Below are positions 1-10,698 of a DNA stretch of 64,000 bases, one piece after another. The stretch lies in contig CAVRAY010000001.1 of the NCBI GenBank assembly GCA_963719225.1, forward strand, positions 480,001-544,000. The letters run 5' to 3'. Origin of the DNA: Thermoanaerobaculia bacterium (lineage in GTDB: Bacteria; Acidobacteriota; Thermoanaerobaculia; UBA5066). Position numbers and translations under genes: made by a program. Position 1 is the stretch's first letter. Each line of letters starts with the position of its first letter. The notes under the pieces were generated by a model. That model saw nothing but the letters and a program-made list of their open reading frames with translations. It made no database searches and was not told the DNA's origin.

Positions 1-528
1 TCGACGGCGACCCTCGTCCAGAAGGTCTATTTCCCGCGCCTGATCATTCCGCTGGCGGCCATCGTGTCGGGTCTCGTCGATTTCGCGGTCGCGTTCGTCG
101 TCCTCCTCGGAATGATGCCGTTCTACTCGGTGCGGCCGTCCTGGAAGCTCGTCTTCCTCCCGGCTCTTCTCCTTCTCGCCTTTGCCGCGACGACGGGAAT
201 CGGCCTCCTTCTCGCCGCGCTCAACGTGCGCTATCGCGACGTGCGTTACATCGTGCCGTTCTGCATCCAGCTCTGGCTCTTCGCGACTCCGGTCATCTAT
301 CCGATGAGCCGCGTCGCCGAGAAGCTCGACGCGCTCGGCATTCCGCTCTGGATCTACGGCCTGAACCCGATGGTCGGCGTCGTGCAGGGCTTCCGCTGGT
401 CGGTCCTCGGCGCCGGAGCGGGGCTCGAGAGCGTCCTCGTCGCTTCCATCGCCGTTTCCTGTCTTCTCTTCGGGGCCGGACTCGTCTCGTTCCGCCGTCT
501 GGAACGGACGTTCGCCGACGTCGTATAG
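1..528 (+). CDS. wzm: ABC-2 polysaccharide export permease (5'-truncated by window edge)
   Basis: Frame open from base 1 (LVQKVYFPRLIIP...RYRDVRYIVPF...ATPVIYP...LNPM...FADVV); hydrophobic; directly upstream of wzt. Confidence 0.92.
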   Translation, partial: STATLVQKVYFPRLIIPLAAIVSGLVDFAVAFVVLLGMMPFYSVRPSWKLVFLPALLLLAFAATTGIGLLLAALNVRYRDVRYIVPFCIQLWLFATPVIYPMSRVAEKLDALGIPLWIYGLNPMVGVVQGFRWSVLGAGAGLESVLVASIAVSCLLFGAGLVSFRRLERTFADVV

Positions 529-537
529 GAGCCGCAC

Positions 538-1785
538 GTGAGCGTCGCGATTCAGGCACGCGGGCTCGGGAAGCGCTACCGCATCGGCGCGCGGCAGCGC
601 GGGTATCGCACGCTGCGCGAGTCGATCTCCGAGGCGGCGACCCTACCCATCCGCTGGATGCGCGGCGAGGCGCGTGCGGCTGCGTCCGCCGAGACGATCT
701 GGGCCTTCCGGGACATCTCGTTCGACGTGCAGCCCGGCGAGGTCGTCGGACTCGTCGGGCGGAACGGGGCCGGCAAGAGCACGCTCCTCAAGGTGCTGTC
801 GCGGATCACGGAGCCGACCGAAGGCGTCGCCGAGATCCACGGCCGGGTCGGTTCGCTCCTCGAGGTCGGCATGGGTTTTCATCCGGAGCTGACGGGCCGC
901 GAGAACATCTTCCTCATGGGCGCGATCCTCGGGATGAAACGCGCCGAGACGCAGCGGAACCTCGACAGCATCATCGCGTTCGCGGAGATCGACCAGTTCG
1001 CGGACACACCCGTGAAGCGCTACTCGAGCGGCATGTTCCTGCGCCTCGCCTTCGCGGTCGCCGCCCACCTCGAGACGGAGATCCTGCTCGTCGACGAGGT
1101 CCTCGCGGTGGGCGACGTCTTCTTCCAGAAGAAGTGCCTCGGGAAGATCGGCGAGATCGCCCGGGCGGGACGGACGGTCTTCTTCGTGAGTCACAACATG
1201 GCGGCCGTGCAGAACCTCTGTACGCGCGGCATCTGCCTGAGGCCCGGCGAGGTCGCCGTGGACGGGCCGATCTCGACGGTCATCGACGAATACCTGCGGA
1301 CGCTCCGGGACGATTCGCAACCCTCGAACACGGCGCTCGACGTCGTCCCGCGCCCGCCCGGGATGGGCGAGTCGCTCCGGTTCCGCAAGGCACGCATCGA
1401 AGGCCTCGAGGAGTCGCACGTCCCGATGTGGGCCCCCTTGCGTGTGAGGATCGAAGTGGAGGCCAGAGAGCGGCTCCAGGACCTCTCGGTCGGATTCAGC
1501 GTCTTCTCGCCCGACGGCGTGCACCTCTTCACGTGCGAGACGGGCGACGGCGGCGGCGGTGTCGCCCTCGAGGCCGGTGCCGTCTGGCGGGGCGTCGGCG
1601 TCCTCGACCACCCGAACCTCGCGCCCGGGCACTACGTTGTCGGCCTCCGCGCGCGGTGCGGGCCGCGGGTGGTCGACGCCGTGAACGGGGCGATCAACTT
1701 CGAGGTCGGGCCCCTCGGGATCTCGCCCTGGACGAAGTCGGATCGGCAATTCCGGCCGAGCTCGGAATGGACGATCGACGAGTAG
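538..1785 (+). CDS. wzt: ABC polysaccharide export ATPase with C-terminal Wzt_C-like domain
   Basis: Walker A GRNGAGKST, YSSGM signature, LLVDEVLAVGD Walker B, C-terminal beta-rich extension. Confidence 0.93.
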   Translation: MSVAIQARGLGKRYRIGARQRGYRTLRESISEAATLPIRWMRGEARAAASAETIWAFRDISFDVQPGEVVGLVGRNGAGKSTLLKVLSRITEPTEGVAEIHGRVGSLLEVGMGFHPELTGRENIFLMGAILGMKRAETQRNLDSIIAFAEIDQFADTPVKRYSSGMFLRLAFAVAAHLETEILLVDEVLAVGDVFFQKKCLGKIGEIARAGRTVFFVSHNMAAVQNLCTRGICLRPGEVAVDGPISTVIDEYLRTLRDDSQPSNTALDVVPRPPGMGESLRFRKARIEGLEESHVPMWAPLRVRIEVEARERLQDLSVGFSVFSPDGVHLFTCETGDGGGGVALEAGAVWRGVGVLDHPNLAPGHYVVGLRARCGPRVVDAVNGAINFEVGPLGISPWTKSDRQFRPSSEWTIDE

Positions 1786-1859
1786 GCGCGGATCCCGTCC
1801 CCGCGGCCGAGGCGGAGTTCTGGCGGCCGGAGGGCGCGTCCCCGGCGAGGGGCGGTGCC

Positions 1860-2810
1860 GTGTCGGCGGGCGTCGCGGTCGTCATCTGCACGTATGAACG
1901 GCCGTCGAGCCTCGCGAGGTGCATCGCCTCGTTGAAGGGCCAGACCCGGAAACCGGACACACTCCTCGTCGTCGACGCGAGCCGGAGCGCCGAAAGCGAG
2001 CGCGTGCTCGCCGGGGATCGTACGCTCGAGAGCGCGGCCGGCCGCGTCGGATACCTCAGAGTCGCCGAGCGCGACCGCGGCCTCACGCGGCAGCGCAACG
2101 TCGCGCTCCGCCGCGTCACGGAAGACCTCGTCGCCTTCTTCGACGACGACATCGTCCTCGGTCCGACCTGCCTAGCGGCAATGGAGGCGGTCCACCGCGC
2201 GCACGAAGACGCGGTCGTCGGAGTCGGCGCGATGATCGAGGGACAGCCGGAGAGCCCGAACGTCCTGTGGCGCCTCCGGCGCGCTCTCGGCATCGTTCCT
2301 TTCCTGACGCCCGGCCGCTATTGCCGATCCGGGATGTCGATCCCGTGGAGCTTCCTGCGTCGGGACGAAGGCATCGCCGAAGGCGATTGGCTGCCCGGCG
2401 GCGCCGTCATGTGGAAGACGACGGCGGCGCGCGAGGTGGGATTCAACGAGGCCTTCGCGGGCTACGGCCAGGGAGAGGATCTGGACTTCTCGCTGCGGGT
2501 TGCGCGCCACGGCCGGCTCCTGATGGCGTGCGGGGCGCGCCTCCAGCACCTGCACGAAGAGAGCGGACGCCCCGACCCGTTCCGGATCGGGTACATGGCG
2601 ATCCGAAACCGGTACGAAATTCATCGCCGCGGCCTCTCCGATCGCAGGACCAGGGACGTTCTCTGGTTCGCTTACGCGTGGGGCCTGGACTCACTCCTTC
2701 TACTCCGTCACGCGTTCGTCCCGTCGCGCGCGGCCGGTGTCTTCCGCCAGCTCGCCGGCCGCGCCCGCGCGGCATGGGAGCTCGCGCGCGGGACCGCGGA
2801 GTCGCGATGA
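1860..2810 (+). CDS. Glycosyltransferase family 2
   Basis: VVICTYER, LLVVDAS, AFFDDD, GEDLDFS motifs; start uncertain (GTG 1860 or ATG 1767). Confidence 0.85.
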   Translation: MSAGVAVVICTYERPSSLARCIASLKGQTRKPDTLLVVDASRSAESERVLAGDRTLESAAGRVGYLRVAERDRGLTRQRNVALRRVTEDLVAFFDDDIVLGPTCLAAMEAVHRAHEDAVVGVGAMIEGQPESPNVLWRLRRALGIVPFLTPGRYCRSGMSIPWSFLRRDEGIAEGDWLPGGAVMWKTTAAREVGFNEAFAGYGQGEDLDFSLRVARHGRLLMACGARLQHLHEESGRPDPFRIGYMAIRNRYEIHRRGLSDRRTRDVLWFAYAWGLDSLLLLRHAFVPSRAAGVFRQLAGRARAAWELARGTAESR

Positions 2811-3658
2811 GCGCGAAGGCGGGCACCCTCCTCCTGTTCTGGGACTACGACACCCAGTGGGGCGCCGACCGCTCGAGAAGCGGGGGAGGGCCGAAAGCCT
2901 GGGGGCCGCTCGAGTTCGCGAACACGGAGCGGCTGCTCGAGCTGCACGCCGCACATGGCGTCCCAACGTGCTTCGCGGTCGTGGGCGCGGCCGCTTTACC
3001 CGGCGAGCGCCCCTATCACGACCCGGAGCAGATCAGGAGGATCCACGCCGCGGGACACGAGGTCGGAAGCCACGCTTTTCGCCACGAATGGCTCCCGGCG
3101 CTCGGTGCGTCCGCCCTGAGGGAGACGCTCGCGTCGTCACGCGACGCGCTCGAGCAGTGCATCGGAGGACGCGTCGTCTCGTTCGTCCCGCCGTTCAACC
3201 AGCCCTTCGACTATGCGGGCGGAGGTTCGTTCAGCCTCTCGGAGCGGAGGGAGGTTCCGCGCGGGCGGACCGACCTCCGGCGGTTGTGCACCGCGCTCGG
3301 CGAAACGGGTTACCGCTTCGCGCGCGTCGCCTACCGGCCGATCGCGCAGAGGCTCGCGGAGCGCGTCCGCGGCCGTCGGCTCGATCGCCCCTCGCGGCTC
3401 GTCACGATCGACGGCCTTTCCTGCGCCCGGCTCAACACCCCGGGGGGCTTCGATGCCGCGTCGATGTCGATGGTCGAACGCGTCGCGAAAGAAGGCGGGA
3501 TCGCCGTCGTCTATGGGCATCCGCATTCGCTGCGCGCGGGCGGCGCGCAGGACGAACGGCACCTCGTGCCGTTCCTGGAACGAGTCCGGGCCCTCGCGCG
3601 CGAGGGCCGGCTCGAGGTCCGTCTTCCCCGCGAGCTCCTGGGCGGAGGCGGCGCGTGA
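2807..3658 (+). CDS. Polysaccharide deacetylase family protein (NodB-like)
   Basis: WDYD, GHEVGSHAFRH, YGHPH motifs; ATGA overlap with upstream GT2. Confidence 0.85.
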   Translation: MSAKAGTLLLFWDYDTQWGADRSRSGGGPKAWGPLEFANTERLLELHAAHGVPTCFAVVGAAALPGERPYHDPEQIRRIHAAGHEVGSHAFRHEWLPALGASALRETLASSRDALEQCIGGRVVSFVPPFNQPFDYAGGGSFSLSERREVPRGRTDLRRLCTALGETGYRFARVAYRPIAQRLAERVRGRRLDRPSRLVTIDGLSCARLNTPGGFDAASMSMVERVAKEGGIAVVYGHPHSLRAGGAQDERHLVPFLERVRALAREGRLEVRLPRELLGGGGA

Positions 3659-4821
3659 AGCTCTGCGCCGTTTCGTTCAAGGAATGCTGGCCCGGTCCGG
3701 ACGGTCGCTGGATGTCGGACGGCGGATTCCCTCTTCAGATGAGCGCGCTCGCGACCCTCTTCGACGCGATGACGCTCGTGACCGTCGTCGGCGCGCCCCG
3801 CGGCGGCGGCATCCCGCTCCCTCCCTCACTCACGGTCGTTCCGGTGCCGAAGCCCGCGGGCACCGGATGGCGCCGGAAGCTCGACGTCGTGCGATCGAGT
3901 CCCGCGCTCGTGAGGACGCTTCGAAGCGCCTACCGGAAGGCGGACGTCGTTCACACGCCGCTCCCCGGGGACATTCCGCTCGTCGGCTTCGTCGTGGCGC
4001 TTTTCTCCGGCAAGAGGACGATCGCGCGGTACGGCGGCTCCTGGAGGCCGACTGCCGAAACGACCTTCATGAACCGCGTCACGCGTCAGCTCATGCGCTT
4101 CGCCGCGCACGGCTCGAACGTGATGCTCGCGACCGGCGATCCCGCGGACGTCGACGAGTCGCGCGTTCAGGCGATCTTCTCGACAGCCCTCTCCGAAGCG
4201 GAGCTCGCGACCCTCGGTGCGCCGGCCTCCCGCGCACCTCTGCTTCCGGCGCGCGCCGTCTATGCCGGCCGCCTCTCGCCCGAGAAGGGTCTCCTCGTTC
4301 TCATCGAGGCTCTCGTGCGGCTGCGCGCGCGGGGGGCGCCGATGCCGCGCGTCACGATCGCGGGAGAAGGTCCGCAGCGCGCCGCGCTCGAGGCCGCCGC
4401 CCGATCCGGCCGCGTCGCCGAAGCGATCACGTTCGCGGGCCAGCTCGACCGGAGGGCGCTGTCGTCCGCCTTCGCCGATGCCGACTTCTGCGTGCAGCCC
4501 TCTCTCACCGAAGGGTTCAGCAAGGCCTGGCTCGACGCGTTCGCGCACGGGGTTCCTGTCCTCGCGTCCGACGTCGGCGCGGCCGGCGCCGTGATCGGCC
4601 GGTCGGGCGAGCGCGGGTGGCTCGTGCCGCCGGGCGACCCGGAAGCGCTTTCGCGCGCCCTGGAAAGGGTCACCGCCGAGGGGCGCGACTGGACGCACCT
4701 GCGCGCGGCGTGCCGGACGTTCGTAGAGGGGCGGACGCTCGAGGCCTGGACGCGCGAGATCGGGCGCCTGTGCGTCGAACGGATGGGGCTGAGGCTCGAG
4801 CATGGGAAGCTCTGCCCATGA
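3655..4821 (+). CDS. Glycosyltransferase family 4
   Basis: YAGRLSPEKG, PSLTEGFSKAWLDA, GVPVLASDVG; GTGA overlap. Confidence 0.88.
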   Translation: MKLCAVSFKECWPGPDGRWMSDGGFPLQMSALATLFDAMTLVTVVGAPRGGGIPLPPSLTVVPVPKPAGTGWRRKLDVVRSSPALVRTLRSAYRKADVVHTPLPGDIPLVGFVVALFSGKRTIARYGGSWRPTAETTFMNRVTRQLMRFAAHGSNVMLATGDPADVDESRVQAIFSTALSEAELATLGAPASRAPLLPARAVYAGRLSPEKGLLVLIEALVRLRARGAPMPRVTIAGEGPQRAALEAAARSGRVAEAITFAGQLDRRALSSAFADADFCVQPSLTEGFSKAWLDAFAHGVPVLASDVGAAGAVIGRSGERGWLVPPGDPEALSRALERVTAEGRDWTHLRAACRTFVEGRTLEAWTREIGRLCVERMGLRLEHGKLCP

Positions 4822-6260
4822 ACGTCGCCGTCCCCGATCGGTTCGGTCTCGCCCGCGGGGCGCAGAGAGTCGCCGCGCGGCCAGACAGCCCGGCCTTCGC
4901 GGGACGGCTGCTCGTGGTGCTCGTCACGGCGACGTGGGCCAGCAGCCTTTTTCTCGACCTGACGGTCGTCGTCGAGGCGCTCACTGTCATCGGGTTCGCC
5001 GCCGCCCTCGCCGGCGTCGTCAACCCCGCTGCGGGACTCATGGGCGTTGCCATCCTCGGCGCTCTCGACGCCGTGTCCCGCGTCTTCGTGTTCACGGGCG
5101 GACTCCTTCGCTGGAACACGCTGAGCTATTTCCTCCTGGCCGCCGCGGTGATCGGGTGGCGGACGCTGTCGCGCCTGAAGGGCCGCTCGATCGTGCTCCT
5201 CGTGCTGTTCCTGGTCCTCCTCGTGGTGGAGATTCCGTTGGGGACGGACCTCGAGAACGGACTCGCGCACGTCCTGAGCCTCGCGGCCATCCTCGGGCTC
5301 CTCGTCTTCGTCCTCCGGGGGACCCGGCAGGCCGACGTCTGGCCGTGGGTCGCGATCGTGTCCGGCTTTCTCGCGGCAGGAGGCGGCTTCGCGTTCTACC
5401 GGCACGGAGCGCTCGGCGATCTGATCAATCCGAACGCCTGGGTGTACCTCCCGCTCACGGCTCTCCTCCTCGCGGACGTCGCGCTCGCCGTTTCGCCGAT
5501 GTCCGCCGCGGCGAGACGGACGATCGTCGTCCTGTCGGTCTTGAACCTTGGCTGGGCTTTCCTGAGCGGAAGCCGGGGAGGGTTTTTCGCTGCGGTCGTC
5601 GCGATGACCTATCTCGTTCTGGGAGGGCGCACGTCTTTCAAGGCCCGCGTCGGCGCCCTCGTCGCCCTAGCGGGCGTCGCTGCCGTGACGGGCCTCTTCG
5701 GCGATCTCCAGGAGGAGATGGACGCCCGCCTCACGAAGCTCCTCGACCCCACACGCACGCTCGCGAGCCGGACGAGCGGCCGCTCGGACCTCGCGATCGC
5801 GGGCTGGCACGTCTTCCTGGAGCATCCTCTCGGCGTCGGAACCGGAGGCTTCGCCGCCGCGGGCGAAGAGCTCGGCCGGCGCGAGAATCTCTCTCTCTAC
5901 CGGGGCCGCGGTGCGACGCAGGCCCACTCGGCATGGATCAAGACACTCGCGGAAAACGGCGTTCCCGGGATCCTTCTCTTCGCGGGCTTCGTGCTCTCTT
6001 TCGTCCTGACGGGCTTTCGAAGGCGCCGGGACGGGCTCTTCGGCCTTGGCCTCCTGACGACCGCCGTTCTGGCCGTCTCGTTTCTCTCGAGTGAATTCCA
6101 GGCGAAGGGACTGTGGCTCTTCGTGGCCGCGGCGATGGTCACGCTCGAGGCGCGGCCGCGTCTCGGCGACGCGCGCCGGGCGCCACATGTGACGGCGCCC
6201 CTCGCCGACGACGGTCGAAACCCATGGAAAACGAACGCGAACGCCCCCGCGTCGCGCTGA
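4818..6260 (+). CDS. O-antigen ligase / Wzy_C-family polytopic membrane protein
   Basis: Many TM segments; SGSRGG, RTSGR, HPLGVGTGGF, AHSAWIKTLAENG motifs. Confidence 0.82.
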   Translation: MNVAVPDRFGLARGAQRVAARPDSPAFAGRLLVVLVTATWASSLFLDLTVVVEALTVIGFAAALAGVVNPAAGLMGVAILGALDAVSRVFVFTGGLLRWNTLSYFLLAAAVIGWRTLSRLKGRSIVLLVLFLVLLVVEIPLGTDLENGLAHVLSLAAILGLLVFVLRGTRQADVWPWVAIVSGFLAAGGGFAFYRHGALGDLINPNAWVYLPLTALLLADVALAVSPMSAAARRTIVVLSVLNLGWAFLSGSRGGFFAAVVAMTYLVLGGRTSFKARVGALVALAGVAAVTGLFGDLQEEMDARLTKLLDPTRTLASRTSGRSDLAIAGWHVFLEHPLGVGTGGFAAAGEELGRRENLSLYRGRGATQAHSAWIKTLAENGVPGILLFAGFVLSFVLTGFRRRRDGLFGLGLLTTAVLAVSFLSSEFQAKGLWLFVAAAMVTLEARPRLGDARRAPHVTAPLADDGRNPWKTNANAPASR

Positions 6261-7345
6261 TCGCGGGCACGCTGGGGCAGGGCGGCGCGGAGAAGCAGCT
6301 CGTCTACGCCGCGCGGGCCCTCGCCTCTTCGGGCGTCGAGGTCCTCGTCCTGAGCCTGACGCGCGGAGAGCACCACGAGGCCGCGCTCCGGGAGGCGGGA
6401 ATCCCCATGCGCCACGTGGGAGGGAAGGAGGGCGTGGCGCCGCGCCTCGCGAGGATCGCGCGCGAGGTGCGCCGGTTCCGGCCGCAGATCGTGCAGGCCG
6501 CCCACACGTACACGAATCTCTACGCGTCGTTGGCCGCACGCTCGGCCGGCGCTCTCGGCATCGGCGCCCTGCGCAGCAGCGTCGCGCACGTCCGTGCCGG
6601 AAACGGCGCCTGGACGCGCTGGCTCCTGCGCTCCCCGTCGGCGATCGTCGCGAACTCGCACGCCGCCGCGGACGAGCTCGCGAAGCTCCCGGGATTGGCG
6701 CCCCGGCGCCTGTACGTCGTCCCGAACGTCATCGAGGCCGCCTCCGCGCCTCCGGCGGACGCGACGGAGGCCGGGTCGCCCCGGACCGCGATCGTCGGCC
6801 GTCTGATCCGCACGAAGCGTGTCGACCGGTTCCTCGAGGCGCTCGCGCTGGCACGCCGGGAGGTTCCCGGGCTCAGGGGCGTCGTCGTGGGCGACGGGCC
6901 CGAGCGCGCGTCGCTCGAAAGGATCGCCGCCGAGCTCGGCCTCTCTTCCGCCGTGGAGTTCCTCGGCGCGCGCAACGACGTCCCCTCGATCCTCGCGGCC
7001 GTCGACGTCCTCGTCCTCTCGTCGGACGACGAAGGATTTCCCAACGTGCTCCTCGAGGCGATGGACGCCGGCCGGCCCGTCGTCGCGACGGACGTCGGCG
7101 ACGTGCGCGAGGTCGTCCGGGACGAGACGACCGGATACGTCGTCGCGAGGTCCCCGGAAGAGATGGCGAGCCGGATCGCCCTCCTCGCGCGCGACCGGGA
7201 TCTCGCGCGGCGGATGGGGGCCGCGGGACGCGCGCGTCTCGGAGCCGAATACGGCCTGCCGGCCCTCGCCGGGTCGCTCCTCGGCGTGTTCCGCGACCTC
7301 GCGAAGAAGGAGGGGCACGCGCGTGCCTCAGCGGCTTTCGCCTGA
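6224..7345 (+). CDS. Glycosyltransferase family 4
   Basis: GGAEKQL, VGRLIRTKRVD, SSDDEGFPNVLLEAM, PVVATDVG. Confidence 0.9.
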   Translation: MENERERPRVALIAGTLGQGGAEKQLVYAARALASSGVEVLVLSLTRGEHHEAALREAGIPMRHVGGKEGVAPRLARIAREVRRFRPQIVQAAHTYTNLYASLAARSAGALGIGALRSSVAHVRAGNGAWTRWLLRSPSAIVANSHAAADELAKLPGLAPRRLYVVPNVIEAASAPPADATEAGSPRTAIVGRLIRTKRVDRFLEALALARREVPGLRGVVVGDGPERASLERIAAELGLSSAVEFLGARNDVPSILAAVDVLVLSSDDEGFPNVLLEAMDAGRPVVATDVGDVREVVRDETTGYVVARSPEEMASRIALLARDRDLARRMGAAGRARLGAEYGLPALAGSLLGVFRDLAKKEGHARASAAFA

Positions 7346-8384
7346 TCGCCGCTCCGTCCTCGTCGTGGGTGTCATGCCGCCCCCGGCGATGGGCGCGCGT
7401 GCGCAGTCCGAGGAGCTCGCCGGACGGCTCCAGGCTTCGGGCTGGCGCGTGTCGACCGTGTCGCATCGGAAGGGGCGGTTCACGCGCGTCGCGGACATGG
7501 TCGTCTCCGCGTGGCGCTGGCGCGCGCGCTACGAGGCCGCGGAGGTCGACGTCTTCAGCGGCGCCGCTTTCCGGTGGGCGGAGGCCGTGATCGCCGTCCT
7601 TCGGGCGGCGAAGAAGCCCTACGTGCTCGCGCTCCACGGCGGAAACCTGCCGCGATTCGCGCGGGCCGAAGCGCCGCGGGTCCGCCGTCTGCTCGCGGGA
7701 GCCGCCGCCGTGACGGCGCCCTCGCATTACCTGTTCGAAGCCATGCGCGTTTACCGCGAGGATCTCCACTATCTCCCGAACGCGCTCGACGTCGGGACCT
7801 TCCCCTACCGGCCGCGCGCCTCCGCGGCGCCCCGGCTCGTGTGGGTGCGGGCGTTCCACGAGGTGTACAACCCGGTCCTCGCCGTGCGTGTCCTCGCGGC
7901 GCTCGCGGCCGAACGAAAGGACGTGCGCCTCGTCATGATCGGCCGCGACAAGGACGGAACGCTCGCGCGCGTGCGGGAGACCGCCCGCGCGCTCGGCGTC
8001 GAGGATCGGCTCGAGCTGCCTGGCCCGGTTCCGCACGCCCAGATCGGCAGGTGGCTGGCGGACGCCGACGTGTTCCTGAACACGACGAACGTCGACAACA
8101 CGCCCGTGAGCGTCCTCGAGGCCCAGGCGGCCGGGCTCTGTGTCGTGAGCACGAACGTGGGCGGACTGCCATTTCTCCTGGAGGACGGGAAGGACGCGCT
8201 GCTCGTGCCTCCGGACGACGCGCGCGCGATGGCCGCCGCCGTGCTCCGTCTCGTCTCCGAGCCGACGCTCGCGGCTTCGCTCGCGGCGGCCGGCCGCGAG
8301 AAGGTCCAGCGATTCGATTGGGGCCGCGTCCTGCCCGAGTGGGACGCGCTCCTGACGCGCGTAATCGCGCGAGGGCGTCCATGA
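7323..8384 (+). CDS. Glycosyltransferase family 4
   Basis: LHGG, RAFHEVYNP, NTTNVDNTPVSVLEA, VVSTNVGG. Confidence 0.87.
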   Translation: MPQRLSPDRRSVLVVGVMPPPAMGARAQSEELAGRLQASGWRVSTVSHRKGRFTRVADMVVSAWRWRARYEAAEVDVFSGAAFRWAEAVIAVLRAAKKPYVLALHGGNLPRFARAEAPRVRRLLAGAAAVTAPSHYLFEAMRVYREDLHYLPNALDVGTFPYRPRASAAPRLVWVRAFHEVYNPVLAVRVLAALAAERKDVRLVMIGRDKDGTLARVRETARALGVEDRLELPGPVPHAQIGRWLADADVFLNTTNVDNTPVSVLEAQAAGLCVVSTNVGGLPFLLEDGKDALLVPPDDARAMAAAVLRLVSEPTLAASLAAAGREKVQRFDWGRVLPEWDALLTRVIARGRP

Positions 8385-9772
8385 GCCTCCTGGATGCTTT
8401 CTACCTCCGCGCGCCCGTTCCTCTCCAGCAGGCCGCCGTGGCGGCGTGGGGCGTCTGGTGGTACCGCCGGAGGTTCGGACCGATGTTCCGCGCTCTCGTG
8501 CGCGAGCTCGAGAGCCACGACCGGTGGACGTCGGCGCAGTTCGAAGCGCTGCAGCGCGAGAAGCTGCGCGCGGCCCTCGCGGCGGCCACGCGTTCCGCGT
8601 ATTGGAAGGAGACGTTCGCGAAAGCCGGCGTCGACGTGTCAGGGGATCCCATCTCCGCTCTCACAGCACTGCCGCTCCTCTCGAAGGAGACGCTTCGCGT
8701 CAGAGCGCGCGACCTCCTCACGCAGAACCCGCCGCCTCGGGGCACGCTCGTTTTCCGCTCGAGCGGAACCTCGGGAACGCCGACGGAGGTTTACTTCACG
8801 CGCGCGTTTCACGCCCTCGAGCTAGCCGTCCCCGAGGCGCGGACGCTGCACTGGGCCGGCGTGACGCACCGTGACCGGCGCGTCATGTTCGGCGCGCGCA
8901 AGATCTGCCGGCCGGACCAGCGGCGGCCGCCTTTCTGGCGATACAGCCCCGCGGAAGACCTCGCGTACGCCTCCGTCTATCACCTGTCCCCGGCAAACCT
9001 CCCCGCATACGTCCGGTTCCTGTGCCGGTTCCGGCCGGCGGTCGTCATGGGCTATCCGAGCGCCCTCACGACCGTCGCGGCGTGGGCGCTCGAGACGGGA
9101 AACCTTCCCGCCCCCGCCCGCGCCGTCGTGACGACCTCGGAGACCGTGACCTCCGGCGCGCGAAAGGCGATCGAGGCCGCATTCCGCTGCCGCGTCTTCG
9201 ATCGCTACGGTGCGGTCGAGCAATGCGCGTTCGCGTCGCAGTGCGAAGAGGGCCGCTACCACGTGAGCCCCGAGGTCGGCATCGTGGAGATCCTCGATCC
9301 CGAGGGGCGGCCGTGTCCTCCGGGCGTCGTCGGCCAAGTCGTCTGCACGGGGCTCGCGAACACGCTCCAGCCTCTTCTGAGGTACCGCGTCGGGGACGCG
9401 GCGAGCTGGGCGGAAGATCAGAGCTGTCCGTGCGGCCGGCAGATGCCGATCCTCGAGGGGATCGAGGGCCGCTACGAGGACATGTGCGTCACGCCCGACG
9501 GGCGGCGGGTGCTGAGGTTCGACACCGTGTTCAAGGGCGTGTCCGCGATCCGGGAGGCGCAGGTCGTCCAGGAGAGGCGCGATCTCTTCGTCCTGAACGT
9601 CGTCGCGGCCGAGGGGTTCGGTGAGCGGGACGAGAAGACCCTCCTCGAAAACATGCGGCTTCACGTCGGCGACGTCGCGACGGAGGTGCGCCTCGTCGAT
9701 GCGATTCCGCGGACGGCGGCGGGGAAGTTTCGCGCCGTCGTGTGCCACGTGCCCGAAGGGGTCCGGGAGTGA
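8381..9772 (+). CDS. Phenylacetate-CoA ligase-like / CapK adenylate-forming enzyme
   Basis: RSSGTSGTP, GYPS, TTSE, DRYGAVE, LRYRVGD, TAAGKFR motifs. Confidence 0.87.
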   Translation: MSLLDAFYLRAPVPLQQAAVAAWGVWWYRRRFGPMFRALVRELESHDRWTSAQFEALQREKLRAALAAATRSAYWKETFAKAGVDVSGDPISALTALPLLSKETLRVRARDLLTQNPPPRGTLVFRSSGTSGTPTEVYFTRAFHALELAVPEARTLHWAGVTHRDRRVMFGARKICRPDQRRPPFWRYSPAEDLAYASVYHLSPANLPAYVRFLCRFRPAVVMGYPSALTTVAAWALETGNLPAPARAVVTTSETVTSGARKAIEAAFRCRVFDRYGAVEQCAFASQCEEGRYHVSPEVGIVEILDPEGRPCPPGVVGQVVCTGLANTLQPLLRYRVGDAASWAEDQSCPCGRQMPILEGIEGRYEDMCVTPDGRRVLRFDTVFKGVSAIREAQVVQERRDLFVLNVVAAEGFGERDEKTLLENMRLHVGDVATEVRLVDAIPRTAAGKFRAVVCHVPEGVRE

Positions 9773-10689
9773 CCTCGCTTTCGCATCCGCCGCGCCTGTT
9801 CTCGACGCGGCCCCTCGTCGAGATCTGCGCGCGAACGGCGGGCCGCCGACACGGCGTCCGTGAGATCCCCGTCGAGGGCTCCGGACCGAAGCGGTCTCTC
9901 TGCGCCCTCGAGGTCGCGGACCGGCTCGGGCTGAGATCGCTCCTCCTCGCGCCGCTCGGGCTCTACGCGAGCCCCGGCTGGGATGGGCCGCTCGAGAGCC
10001 GCACGATCGCGGACGCCGTCGCCCGTCTCAAGGGCGCCAGGACCCGCAAGTTCAGCTGGAAGGTCCGCTTCGACGAGGAGGAGCTCGCGGCGGACCTCGG
10101 CGCCCTCGGCCTCGAGGCCGAGAAGAACGAGACGCGAATCGTCCCGATCGAACGGGACTACGAGGCCGTGGCGGCGCGCTTCGAGCCGCGGATCCGACGC
10201 CAGATCCGCCAGTCGAGGGAAAAGGGCGTCGCCGTTCGAATCTCGGACGCGGACGCGGCGCGCGCCTACCACGCGCTCCACGAGCGCCTCGCCGCCGGGA
10301 AGAGCGGCTACGACTTCATCTATCCGGTCCAGCTCTTCGTCGACCTCGTTGGGCTCGACGCCGTGCGTCTGTTCGTGGCCGAGCGCGAGGGACGTCTCGC
10401 GGCGGGCGCCCTCTTCTTCCACGACGTCGATTCGCTGGTCTACTGGCACGGCGCGATGGACCGCGACTTTTCGAACGTCTACCCGACCCATCAGATCTTC
10501 GACGAGGCGTTCCGCTGGGGAGCGAGCCTCGGAGCGTCGTTCGTGAACCTCGGAGGGTCGGTCGGGATCGCCTCGCTCGAGTCGTTCAAGGACGCGTGGG
10601 GCGCGCGCGTCGCGTGGAACCATCAGTTCACGTGGCGGAACCCGCTTTGGCGGGCGATGGAGAGACTGCGACGTACTCCCGTGGCATGA
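9769..10689 (+). CDS. FemAB-like GNAT acyl/aminoacyl transferase
   Basis: RRQIRQSREKGV, YWHGA, VNLGGS, LESFKDAWGA pattern. Confidence 0.75.
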   Translation: MTSLSHPPRLFSTRPLVEICARTAGRRHGVREIPVEGSGPKRSLCALEVADRLGLRSLLLAPLGLYASPGWDGPLESRTIADAVARLKGARTRKFSWKVRFDEEELAADLGALGLEAEKNETRIVPIERDYEAVAARFEPRIRRQIRQSREKGVAVRISDADAARAYHALHERLAAGKSGYDFIYPVQLFVDLVGLDAVRLFVAEREGRLAAGALFFHDVDSLVYWHGAMDRDFSNVYPTHQIFDEAFRWGASLGASFVNLGGSVGIASLESFKDAWGARVAWNHQFTWRNPLWRAMERLRRTPVA

Positions 10690-10698
10690 TCATTTCCC